From positions 263,810,001-263,874,000 of the forward strand of contig OZ024743.1 in NCBI GenBank assembly GCA_964016885.1: DNA of 64,000 nt, read 5' to 3'. The DNA comes from Eledone cirrhosa (taxonomy: Eukaryota). A program made the translations under genes and the position numbers. The notes beneath the pieces were generated by a model. That model did no database searches. It saw only the letters and a program-made list of their open reading frames with translations, and was not told the DNA's origin. Below, one piece after another: positions 25,401-38,428 of this stretch; position 1 is the stretch's first letter, and each line of letters starts with the position of its first letter.

Positions 25401-28110
25401 AACTAATTCGCTAATCCTGTCTCTGTAGGCTTTGCGCGCAGGGAAAGACCCGTTCAGCTTCCAGTAACCAGGCCCTTGTCTATGAAGTCTGTCTATGTCG
25501 ATCTCACAGATCACAAATTTGTGGTCTGTGTAGTCGACTATTTTAAATTGTGGACAACTTATACTAGCCTTATCTAGTTCTCTGCAGAATACCCTATCGA
25601 GATACGATCTGGATGACCTGATGCGGTTTGTCCATGTCCACATTGGCACATTCGGGTGATCCAATCGATACCTGTCAGACAGTTCAAAACGTCTGAGCAG
25701 GTTGGTGAGGCTCTTGCACCCTCCTCCCCTATCCGCTAGCCCCACACAATCCCAGCGTGTATCCAAGATACCGTTCCAGTCGCCCACTAACACTAAAGAG
25801 CGGGACGTTCCATAAGGTCTCTAGACGTCTGAAGAAATCTGGCCGTCCTGCCCCTGTTGGGGCGTAGACGGCTACTAGCCTGAAAGCATTGCCTTCGCTG
25901 CTGGTCACGTCCAGCACCACCGACTTACCTTCTGGGTCTAGGAAGATGGCCCGTATCGCGAGATCCAAGCCTCTCCGAAAAAGGACGGCCACCCCTCCCC
26001 CCGATCCTGGACGGCTGGGAGATGCGTATACACGTAGCCGCCGAAGATCGGTGCGAAGGCTTGTGCTTCGGAGATTCTGGTTTCACTGATGGCCACCACA
26101 TCTATGTTTAGTGACCTGAGGTGGTTGAGCAGATGATCCTGCTTCCAAGATGACCCCAGGCCACGTGCATTTATACTGCCTATTCTGAGTACGGCCATGT
26201 TGGATGAGAAACGGGGCAAGTGAGAAAGGGTCACTTACCTTGTTCGTGTGGTGAAGGGACAGTAGAACCGTCCCTTTCGCTGGTCATGGGGGTTTCCAAG
26301 AGGATGTCAGTGTATATCCTCTTGGTAACCGACCCTCTGAAGTCTCCAACTGCGTTGGGGAATTTTTGTTTTAAAGGTTTGTACTGTTATATTGAGATTT
26401 CGATGATTCTTCTGTTTGTCGGGAGAGTTCTTGGTGTTGGTGGGGTGTAGTAGTTTTTTTCTGTGATGTCTGTGTGCTGCTTTATATATTGTATGAGTTC
26501 TTTTTTTGCCATGTTTATGGCTGTGTACTTTTTGGGGGAGGGGTGATTTTGTTGCTGTTTTTTTCTTGTTGCTGTTTGGTGTGTGTGTCTTGTTGTGTTT
26601 GCGTTGTTGGTGTTTTTGGTGATGCTGGCGGTGGTGTGGTTGTTGTTGTCAGTGGTGATTGTGGTGGTGATGGTGGTGGTGTTGCTGCAAGTTTCCTTGC
26701 TGCCTTTACCCCTCTTTGTATGCCTTCGCTTTTGGAGGGTGAATCTAAGGGGTTTTTCTTTTTTGTTTTTTTGTGGCAGACCGTTTACCACTTCACTCCC
26801 GCCTCAAACTCCATGTCGGATTCTGTCGCGTCTGGGAGAGGTATGTGCTCCACTGCTGTTGGTGGTGGTAGTGGAGCCCTCTTCGGCAATTTTGTTGCTG
26901 GTGTAGTTACTTCAAATGTAGCTATTGGTGTTGCCGCCAGTGATGCTGCTGCTTTAGTTGTCCGTGGCCTTCGAACGGGTGCTACAGACTTTGCGCTCCT
27001 ACTCACCGTGGAAGGGGCTTCTGCGTTTGTTTCCTGCCCTGTTCTTCGTAGCAGCGGACCTGGTATTGGAAGGAGAGGAGCCTTCTTCTTCGCTGTCTTC
27101 TGCGGACAAAAGGCCCTGAGGTGACACTTCGACCCACAGAGATAACATTTTGGCCGTCTTCCTTCTACACTTATAGGGAGTTGGAGTCCTTCCCCGATGT
27201 CTATGATATCTGGGATAGCGTCGATACATTCCTTGTCAGTTTGTATATACATTTGCATGCCTATACCTGACCAGTTCTCTCTCCCTATTTTTCTACTTGT
27301 AGCATGGTCGTCCTGTTCTCGATTCCAGGAAGGACAGACGCGGCCAGCCAAGGTATGGCCACGTCGGGTGGGACCTAGGTCACTTTGACCCTCACAATGT
27401 TCTGCCCGCAGTAGGAGGGCACCAAGACTATCTCCTCACTCTTTAGGGTTTCCAAAGAGTGAGGCTTTGATTCCTGGGGGGTGGCGAAAAGTACGTCTAC
27501 TGTGGCGTACTTTCTGCCTCGGGTGATGTGGGTTTTGCGTGCCCAGACGCACCCCAAGGCCTTTTGAATTTGAGCCTCCGTGGCTCTCTCCACCAATGTG
27601 AGATTTTGCATAGGTACGGTAAGTCACCATCCGTAGCTGCTGGTCCTTGAAAAAATCGGGTGGAGGTTTCAGGGAGACTCTATTGGCGCTTCTTGGCACC
27701 ATGGCCCTTGCGACTGCCATCTCCTCCTCTGTGACTATAACTGTCTCGATAATTCGGGCGACACCTGCAAAAGAAGTGGTCCCTTTTTCAGCAGCACCAC
27801 TATTGCTGCTGTTACTGATCTTACTGGTGGTGCTGAGATCGCTATTACAGGTATCGATGTCATTGTTGATGTTTTGGTTGGTACTGTTGTTGCTGTTGTT
27901 GATGTTGTTTTCGTTGATACTGTTGCTGTTGTTACTGTTATTGTGGCTGTTGTTATTGTTGTTTTTGTTGATACTGTTCCTACTATTATTGTTGTTGTGG
28001 CTGTTGTTATTGTCATTGTTATTGCCCTTCTCGACCTTACCGCTGTTATTTTTGTTATTGTCGTTCTCGACTTTACCGCTGTTATTTTAGTTGTTGCTGT
28101 TGTTATTGAT
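22480..28110 (-). mobile_element. Tx1-type LINE B (diverged relative of A), multiply frameshifted, probably truncated in ORF1
   Basis: ORF pieces carry SINARGL, GDWN, NFRPITLLN, LDQSKAF, YADD and CYLCGSKCHLRAFC. The 3' end is ccttgtggccAATAAA plus (ATT)n at 22480-22500. Confidence 0.9.
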
Positions 28111-28147
28111 GGTGTTGCACGTGGTAAGCAAATTCACAAAAAAAAAT

Positions 28148-29590
<1,443 letters not shown>

Positions 29591-29639
29591 TTTTGCCCAT
29601 ATGGGTCTGTGAGTATTGATTTATTATTTTCTAGATCGT

Positions 29640-30000
29640 ACAGGCAGAACTTATGTTGTTGAATTAAGATTTTTTCACTCTAGCGATCTTATTAGTCAAT
29701 TGCAACTAAAACATGTAAATGTTCATCAAATATTAATTTATACTGCTCAGAAGCGATTCCTAGAGCTGAAATGATTGTAAATGACCCCTTTGAGTCTAAA
29801 CTCTAAGCTATTTACATATATATATATAGTTTTAGGAGGAGGTGTAGGTATAGGTAACTATGTAATCTGTTCTGTAAAGCCGCTGTAATTGAGGGCTTTA
29901 TTATAATAAGGGGAAGCTTTATTAAAAATGTCTAAAGAAGAAGATAAAGTAGAAATCCTACAACTAATATTGGGAATAAGATTTTTAAAAACTATAGGGA
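29640..30000 (-). mobile_element. Hydra-like PLE coding relic (RT thumb region)
   Basis: Minus strand reads PIVFKNLIPNISCRISTLSSSLDIFNKASPYYNKALNYSGF, paralleling ILKNLAYNISLRITNLSSNQDLF at 34.5 kb. Confidence 0.7.
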
Positions 30001-30571
30001 TGTGACGGCCTACTATGATTATTTATCCTTATTTGTGTGTGTGCATATGTATCCTTTTATAAGTGTGTACGTATGCATGTGTGTATATATGTGTGTATGT
30101 ATGTGTGTGTGTATGTATGAATGTTTATGTGTATATATATGTATATATATATGTGTGTGCATGTATATATATATGTATGTGTATATATATATACATATAT
30201 GCGTTGGTGTGTTTATGTATGGATATATATATATATGTATATGTGTGTATATATGTGTCTCTGTGTATATATATGTGTATATATGCATGTATATATGTAT
30301 GTATATATTTATATATGTGTGTATATGTGAGTCTGTGTGCGTGTGTGTGTGTACGTGTGTGTTGTTATACATTCTTATTTATTATTCTCCCCGCCCCCCT
30401 TTTTTTCCCCTCCAGCCTCACTTTCATATCAGTTATATTGTTGTGTTCCATATCCACTGTCAATAAAGACACCAGGACTTTTTCATTCTGATGAATGCAA
30501 GCAATTTTTGTAGCTTTCAAGAAACCACTGGTAAATGAAATAATTATCTTATGTTGTTTATTACATAACTA
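30001..30571 (+). mobile_element. Inverted 5' pLTR of the nested Hydra-like PLE, with HHR copy at 30481-30540
   Basis: Inverted match to 14601-16516 without the nested inserts. HHR reads TTTCATT-CTGATGA...GAAA-CCACTGG-TA-AATGAAA. Confidence 0.8.
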
Positions 30572-30620
30572 TATATATATTTACATATAAAGGTTTACAT
30601 ATATATATATATATATATAT

Positions 30621-31766
30621 ATTATGAAGAGAGAAGAAACATTTAGATATAATTAGTAATAAAATGTATCATACCTAAACTGTTCCTAAATTCCTCGACT
30701 ACGTAGTTTCGTGGCATAAACAAAAACAATATATCAAAGATATAGAGTCCTTGCGAGGTCTGCCGACTTATCAAGAGGATACCTCATTTTACTAGTCTCA
30801 AGAACGCGTCTACACGACGTGAGAAAGAATCCCAAAAGGCGGAGGGGGAGATAGTCACGCGATATAACGGTCGAGAAACAGAGCTAAGCCTCTTATAACC
30901 ACGAAAAAAATACCACGGAGGCGGAGGGGGTATTCATATCGAGGCCGTAGAAGAGGTAGTGAAGAAGGCGAGAAGTATGAGTAATGGAAGCTTTCCAGTT
31001 GTCCCCACACTTCAAAGATTGCTCGACCAGAGGGAGTTATTAATACATTTAGAAACACACAGATACATGCGGACACACACATATATACATGAATGCATCC
31101 GCACCCAACTGTGAGTTAAGGGTGCCAACTTCACCGATGTTGCTCAATGAATGACTGGGACAGACCAATTCAGTTTGAACCAGACTGAACCAGTATCAGA
31201 GTTAAAAATACATTATGAAGAGAGAAGAAACATTTAGATATAATTAGTAATAAAATGTATCATACCTAAACTGTTCCTAAATTCCTCGACTACGTAGTTT
31301 CGTGGCATAAACAAAAACAATATATCAAAGATATAGAGTCCTTGCGAGGTCTGCCGACTTATCAAGAGGATACCTCATTTTACTAGTCTCAAGAACGCGT
31401 CTACACGACGTGAGAAAGAATCCCAAAAGGCGGAGGGGGAGATAGTCACGCGATATAACGGTCGAGAAACAGAGCTAAGCCTCTTATAACCACGAAAAAA
31501 ATACCACGGAGGCGGAGGGGGTATTCATATCGAGGCCGTAGAAGAGGTAGTGAAGAAGGCGAGAAGTATGAGTAATGGAAGCTTTCCAGTTGTCCCCACA
31601 CTTCAAAGATTGCTCGACCAGAGGGAGTTATTAATACATTTAGAAACACACAGATACATGCGGACACACACATATATACATGAATGCATCCGCACCCAAC
31701 TGTGAGTTAAGGGTGCCAACTTCACCGATGTTGCTCAATGAATGACTGGGACAGACCAATTCAGTT

Positions 31767-31769
<3 letters not shown>
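30621..31769 (-). mobile_element. 591-bp tandem repeat (~1.9 copies) with one hammerhead per unit; candidate retrozyme
   Basis: Period 591 (30621/31212, and identical ORF-track entries at 30855/31446). HHRs at 30692-30779 and 31283-31370 on -. (TA)n flanks. Confidence 0.9.
30692..30779 (-). ncRNA. Type I hammerhead ribozyme, U3-A8 core, branched helix II
   Basis: TCCTC-TTGATAA-GT(C)GGCA-[44-nt insert with two hairpins]-TGCCAC-GAAA-CTAC GTAG-TC-GAGGA. Confidence 0.8.
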
Positions 31770-31816
<47 letters not shown>

Positions 31817-31820
<4 letters not shown>

Positions 31821-33469
31821 GTTTGAATATGTATAATAAAGCCAAAACAATGCAGGTATGGACATAGAAAAATAGAAAAAAGAATGCAATTGCAAAAGAT
31901 ATTGTTGACAAATCGTCTTTTACCTTAGATTTATTTAAATGTCCTTAATTTTCGAGATAATATCTCTTCTTCAGAGGGAAATAAAGGTCTCAAACCAGCT
32001 TTCTAAATATCTAGCCAAGCCATGCTGACAGGAAATAGTATAGAGTATCTGTTCTATCTCTAATGTCAAAGAGTTAAAATTAGGTGGATAAAGAGTAGTC
32101 TCCCTTTAACGAACAGGTCCCTACTGGACTTCCAAATCAGGGTAACAGAGGAAGGCAACATCCACACCTGCTTCTATAAAAAAGCCGCCAGCAGGGTACT
32201 GTTCGTACATTTCAGATCGGCCCTCCCACTCGGTGCCAAGTTCGGATACAAAAGGAACGAACTGGCACGTATCCGGAACAAATGCACCGACGCTAGAGAC
32301 CGAGACACACACACCACACATTTCCTGGAAGTACTCAAATTGAACGGATACACGACATCCACCACAAACCGTGCCAGAAAGGACAGAGGACACCACACCC
32401 GAGGCACTAACACTTGCTTCCTGAAGCTCCCGCACTTCAGTGAAGAAACAACAACAGCCACCCGCAGAGCCATCAGACGAGAGGGACTAGATATCCAACT
32501 GGCCCGATCAAGTCCTTCTCTACGCGGACAGCTAACCAAAAGACACTCTACCAGACATGACAACTGCTGAAGACTAGCCAACTGCCCCATAAACGACACA
32601 GACCTATGCCACCAGGCTTACGTCGTATACAGACTAGAGTGTGACAAATGCAACAACTTCTACGTAGGTAGCACCACCAGACCACTCCACATAAGAATAA
32701 AAGAACACCTCAATACTAACGCTTCCTCATTTAAGAAACACCTAGTTAAATGCAAAAACACCGACAAAACCACAACAGTTAGGATAGAAACTAAGGAAAG
32801 AAACCTCGGCAATCTTAGAATTAAGGAAGCACTAATTATAAATAAAACACAACCACCAATCAATAATAGACTAGAACTCAACACCCAATTTATAACCTGA
32901 TAGGGCTTCTAGCCCCATATTTACACCCCCACCCACACACACGCTTACACCTCCACTTATTCTATCTCACACATACACACACAAAACCAGTTCTAACACC
33001 AGATAACACCTATCCCCCACATTTACGAATAGACTTATCTTCTCACACTCACACACACACACTCACATAGTTACACCTTCATGCATTCTCCCACACACTT
33101 AAACAGGCATGTATATAAAAAAGAAAACCCTAATCAAACCCATTTTAAAGGGAGACTACTCTTTATCCACCTAATTTTAACTCTTTGACAGATTAGAGAT
33201 AGAACAGATACTCTATACTATTTCCTGTCAGCATGGCTTGGCTAGATATTTAGAAGGCTGGTTTGAGACCTTTAGTTCCCTCTGAAGAAGAGATATCTCT
33301 AAAATTAAGGACATTTAAATAAATCTAAGGTAAAAGACGATTTGTCAACAATATCTTTTGCAATTGCATTCTTTTTTCTATGTCCATGCCTGCATTGTTT
33401 TGGCTTTATTATACATATTCAAACGTTTATACCTCATTACACAATACTTCACGTGAACTATAACCTCCT

Positions 33470-33472
<3 letters not shown>
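31817..33472 (+). mobile_element. 5'-truncated Nematis-like PLE with inverted 5' pLTR and 3' tail
   Basis: Coding relic 32121-32900 (LLDFQI, FYKK, CFLKLPH, VVYRLECDKCNNFYVGSTTRPLHIRIKEH). Inverted arms at 31817-32109 and 33145-33428. Tail at 33431-33472. (TA)n flanks. Confidence 0.9.
31943..31977 (-). ncRNA. Minimal hammerhead ribozyme of PLE pLTR
   Basis: CCT-CTGAAGA-A-GAGAT att ATCTC-GAAA-AT-TA-AGG has a palindromic AAUU helix III. A damaged mirror copy lies at 33279-33310. Confidence 0.75.
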
Positions 33473-33541
<69 letters not shown>

Positions 33542-33594
33542 GCAACGGGTCACTTTGTGGCTCAATGAAGAGTTAATAAATTAAATAATCAGAG

Positions 33595-33905
33595 CTATAT
33601 ATCATAAAACATGTCTATAGAATCACCAGATAAAATATATACCATTTCCTCTCCCAATTAGCATAATTAACCATATAAAAAATCGATTAGACCACGCTAT
33701 AAGAATAAAGGCTTCTATGAAGAAATCTCCGACAAATAACCGAAAGCAGCTCTTCGCATTGGTTGCGACGGAGTATTTATCGAGTAAGGGCTGCTTTCGG
33801 TTATTTGTCGGAGATTTCTTCATAGAAGCCTTTATTCTTATAGCTTGGCCTAATCGATTTTTTATATGGTTAATTATGCTAATTGGGAGACTAAATGGTA
33901 TATAT
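33595..33905. mobile_element. Fold-back element, ~115-bp arms
   Basis: ~33636-33753 is inverted at ~33787-33905. A short unique left tail and TA-rich borders are present. No clear ribozyme core. Confidence 0.75.
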
Positions 33906-33908
33906 ATA

Positions 33909-36800
33909 TCCCAAGTAATTAACTGGTTTACTAATATTAGAAATAAATCATCTGCTTCATTTCTACAATTCGATATAGATGCTTATTATTCCTCTATACC
34001 AACCATACTCCTGAACAAAGCCTTGATATTTGCCAAAAATAGATCAGACTTAACTATGGATGACATCAAAATTATCACGCACGCTAGACAAACACTAATG
34101 GAGTTTCAGAAGGAATACTGGACCAGAAATACATATAGTAATCTCTTCGACATAACTATGGGCTCTAGTGATTCAGCCCAAATTACCGATCTTGTGGGCC
34201 TCTTCTATTTAACATTAATTCATCTTTTCCCCACCTTAAAGGTGGTTTATATCGTGATGACTGTCTTCTTCTATCCACTAATCTTAGCCGATCAGAAATT
34301 GAAATAAATTAAAAAAACTTATTAGAACTTTCCACAAGGACTTTTATAATCTCACTATTACATTTGAAAACACCAGTAAAATAGTCAATTTCCTAGATAT
34401 AACTTTGGACCTATCTACGGGTATCTACCAACCTTACCATAAACCTAACCAAAACTTGCATTACATACACTCACAATCCAATCACACTAGATCTATCCTT
34501 AAAAACCTAGCATATAACATCTCACTCAGAATCACTAACCTTTCATCAAATCAGGATCTATTCGATAAAAAGCGCTCTTTTATAACGAAGCTTTAGCTAA
34601 AAGCCGCCACAAAAACAAATTAGTCTATATACCTTGCACCAATAATATTTCAAACATAAAACCTAATATTACCAACAAACACCAAATGAAAAACCCACAC
34701 CTAAATGCCACTCATACCACACCTAAAAACACCAACCTAAAACTTAATTTCTCTAACTCTTCTCACATAAAATATAATGACTTTCAAAAAACCATTCATC
34801 CTAATACTCCAACATATGTTAACAACATTACTAACAAAATTCCTAGTAATCAGACTAAAACACCTAAATCAGTTAACTAAACCTATATATAATAAAATCA
34901 CTAATAGTAACTCTCTTAGTAAACCTCCTGATACATCGTATAAATATAAGAAACAATATCGAAACCGTAATACACGGGTTACTTGGTATAATGCTTCATT
35001 TAATCTACAAATTAAAGACCATATCCCTAAAAAATACTTTGCTATCCTAGAGAAAATCTTCCCACCAAACCATAAATACCATCAAATTTTAAATAGATCT
35101 ACTGTCAAATTTTCCTACTCCAATACCAAAAATATACAACAGAATATAAGTGCGTACAACGCATATAAGTGTAAAAGAAAACATAAATTTACCACCAACA
35201 CATCAAACCAACCATAATAATACTAAAATAAACCGTAACAAACCACCATCTTCTTCACCTATAACAATCCTGTAAACTCCACACCAAATTTGACTAACCC
35301 CCCTGATATAATATTCACGAATGGTTGTAACTGTAGAATCAAGAGAAAATGCCCATTAAAGGGAAATGGTCTTATTAAAAACATAGTCTATAAATGTAAT
35401 GACTCCACTTATTCATATATAGGAGCTACGTCTAACCAATTTAAAGTAAGATTTAATACCCACAAACATAGTTTTTAAAATGCCGCATTAGCTAATACAA
35501 CATCCTTGGCTGAAACAATTAATAATTATAGAAAGAAGAATATCAATTACAACCTGACCTGGAGCGTGCTAAAAAAGGGCTACCCCTTATCAAAATAACA
35601 GATACGAGTGTAGGTTATGCTCCCAAGAACTTTTTGAAATCATGAAATCTAAGGATATCCTATTAAATAAGCGACAGGAATTAATTATATCTTGCAATCA
35701 TAGAATTAGAAGAATCTTCAAATATTATAAACCTAATTAATATACACCTTATTCTTATATTTTACAAATTATTATAATTGTTTTTTTTAAATTTAGTTAA
35801 CCTATAATTAATATTTTACTACAGAGAACTTCATAATTTTATTTTCCTCTTACAGATCTCTTTTCCTAAAATTATTTTTAACCACACCACTTCTTTTAAT
35901 CGCATCCCCTATTTATCACATTTAATACCTATGATTATTAAATATAATTAATATCTTTAATATCATCAATGTCTGTATAGATACAATATTCTTTATAAAC
36001 ATTTTTATCTACTTCAGTTTTTCCATATATTTATGTTTTATTGCTTTAATTCCTTACTGCTTTATTTATCACATTCATATGAATTAATATAATTTTATTC
36101 CTGTAGGTATACCTATAAATTAATTTAATTTCCTGTTATGTATTTAGATTCCTTGTAGTTTAAATAAGATTAGTATTTCTCACTAATACCCTTATCCCAA
36201 AATTTTATTTTCCTTCGTTTTTAACAACATGCTTTAATAACATCAAGTTTTTATTTATCACATTCATATGAATTAATATAATTTTATCCCTGTATAGATC
36301 TAGATTCCTTGTATTTAAATAAGATTAGTATTTCTCACTAATACCCTTACCCTAAAATTTTCTTTTCTTTCGTTTTTAACAAGATTCTTTCATAACATCA
36401 AATTTTCGTGTACAGTTCACTGGCTTGACTTGACCTCATTTTAATCCCCATAGTATTCTTTTCATTCAAAGCATAAGTCTGCACTCCTCTACCCCTAGAT
36501 TTAATTTCTACTACTGTTATTCTATCAACTTGACCTCTAACTCCTTTTCTATTGGTCAATTCACAACCTGTTCCCAAACAGACCTTTTATATTAATTCTT
36601 TGTTTTTTTCAATAAACAAATCTCATCATTTCAGACGACCTCATGTATGTATATTTCCTCTGATAATTTGTAATATTTTTACATAGATCTATGATATACA
36701 TACCAACACACATATACATCCCAGAAACAATAGTAAAATGATTAATTTTTTAATATAAGGAACTTGTTCTTTGTTTTTATTTCATTGTTTTTATTAAATA
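33909..36800 (+). mobile_element. 5'-truncated Hydra-like PLE (RT + GIY-YIG), degenerate, long AT-rich 3'UTR
   Basis: VINWF, FLQFDIDAYYSSI, FDITMGSSDSAQITDLVG, GLYRDD, NFLDITLDL, PYHKPN, TWYN, CNCRIKRKCPL (CxCx5C), IVYKC, YIGATSNQFKVRFNTH. It ends in (TA)n. Confidence 0.85.
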
Positions 36801-36824
36801 TATCATATATATATATATACATAC

Positions 36825-36960
<136 letters not shown>

Positions 36961-36979
36961 GTATGTATGTATGTATATT

Positions 36980-37017
<38 letters not shown>

Positions 37018-37018
<1 letters not shown>

Positions 37019-37760
37019 GTTATTCCGGGTTGAATCGGAAGTAACCACAGTAAGTAAGGTACTCAATACATAGCAGAGTATAAAAGTTTTAATATAGATG
37101 AGATTCTACAGGACTAGAACTGTTTAATCCTTTAGAAATCATCAGGAATCTGGCTTTCCCAAAATAAATGTTGTAGTATTTATATCTTTTCAGGTGGTAG
37201 GAGAGGGTGGGGAGTGGGATGGGTAGAGGTCATTGGCTGAAAGAAAAGGGAATTCATTAAAAGCTAATTCTTTAAGGCTTATAATTTATATTTAGAATTT
37301 TTGAACTGGTTTATAGAATTTTTGAACTGGTTTATAGAATTCTCTTGGCCTTTGTCACTCTAAGTGGAACTTTAAAGAATTGGCTTTTAAAGAATTTCCA
37401 TTTTCTTTAAATCCATCTACCATGACCGACCCCCAACGATCTTATAGACACCTGAAATATAGGCATTGTTAGCTTAAGAGAAACTTAAAAATAAGGAGTG
37501 GCACCCCATTCTGAACTTGTTTATAGAATCCTTTCTGCTTTTGTCACTCTAAATATAAATTATAAGCCTTAAAGAATTAGCTTTTAATGAATTGCCTTTT
37601 CTTTCAGCCAATGACCTCTACCCATCCCACTCTCCACCCTCTCCTACCACCCGAAAAGATATAAATACTACAACATTTATTTTTGGAAAGCCAGATTCCT
37701 GATGATTTCTAAAGAATGAAACAGGTCTAGTCCTGTACAATCTCATCTATATTAAAACTA
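37018..37760 (-). mobile_element. Fold-back HHR element (tail + ~210-bp arms) in (TA)n
   Basis: Arms at ~37085-37295 and ~37545-37759. The tail has GTACTCAA at 37059. HHR-like GATTC-CTGATGA-tttctaaagaat-GAAA-CAG-GTC-TAGTC at 37694-37732 (+), with a mirror at 37112-37150. Confidence 0.8.
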
Positions 37761-37776
37761 TATATATATATATATG

Positions 37777-38366
37777 ATAAATACCAACGACGGCTGGAAG
37801 ATCACTGATGACGGGCGCCTTATTTTCTCTTCGAATTCTATTCATATGTATCCCATTTGCCACAACGCAGCACGCCCTTTTTCATTTATATTTTTCCCTC
37901 CGCTGTGACACGTCTTTTTCTTTCTTACTGCTATCCCCTTTCTCTGTATCTCTCACCTTCCTTTCACCCCCTCTGCCAGTCACTCTCTCTCAGCTGGCCT
38001 CTTCCTCACACTTTCACTCATTCACTCTCTGCTACTCCCCCTCTCTCACTTCCTCCAGTCTGACCTGTGGGAATTCCTTTTCTCGCTTACATCTCACATG
38101 GCCTCTATGTCTTTCGTCCGTGATTTGTTCGAATTTAAGTTCACAGATATCACGGACTTGTTTCTCCTCTTCCTCTCTTTCTGTTGCATTACCATCTCTG
38201 TTTGTTTACATGTCTCGCTCGCTTCACCCTATTCTACGTGTCCCAATAACTTTTTTTTAGTTATTACTCGCACCAGCCAGAGGTATATGCTCTTTAATGC
38301 GAAGAAATACCAACGACGGCTGGAAGATCACTGATGACGGATGCCTTATCATCTGTTCGAATTTTA

Positions 38367-38372
<6 letters not shown>
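37777..38372 (+). mobile_element. 526-bp unit bounded by ~68-bp direct repeats containing CTGATGA, in (TA)n
   Basis: ataccaacgacggctggaagatcactgatgacgg occurs at 37781 and 38307. The interior is pyrimidine-rich. Confidence 0.75.

Positions 38373-38423
<51 letters not shown>

Positions 38424-38428
<5 letters not shown>

Noticed and set aside
30855-31673. Identical 75-aa ORFs in the 591-bp repeat
   Set aside because: They start in a GT-rich tract, have no recognisable motif, and are identical only because the DNA is duplicated.
30621-31769. CRISPR-like or prokaryotic array interpretation of the repeats
   Set aside because: There is no short repeat-spacer pattern, no cas genes, and the context is eukaryotic.
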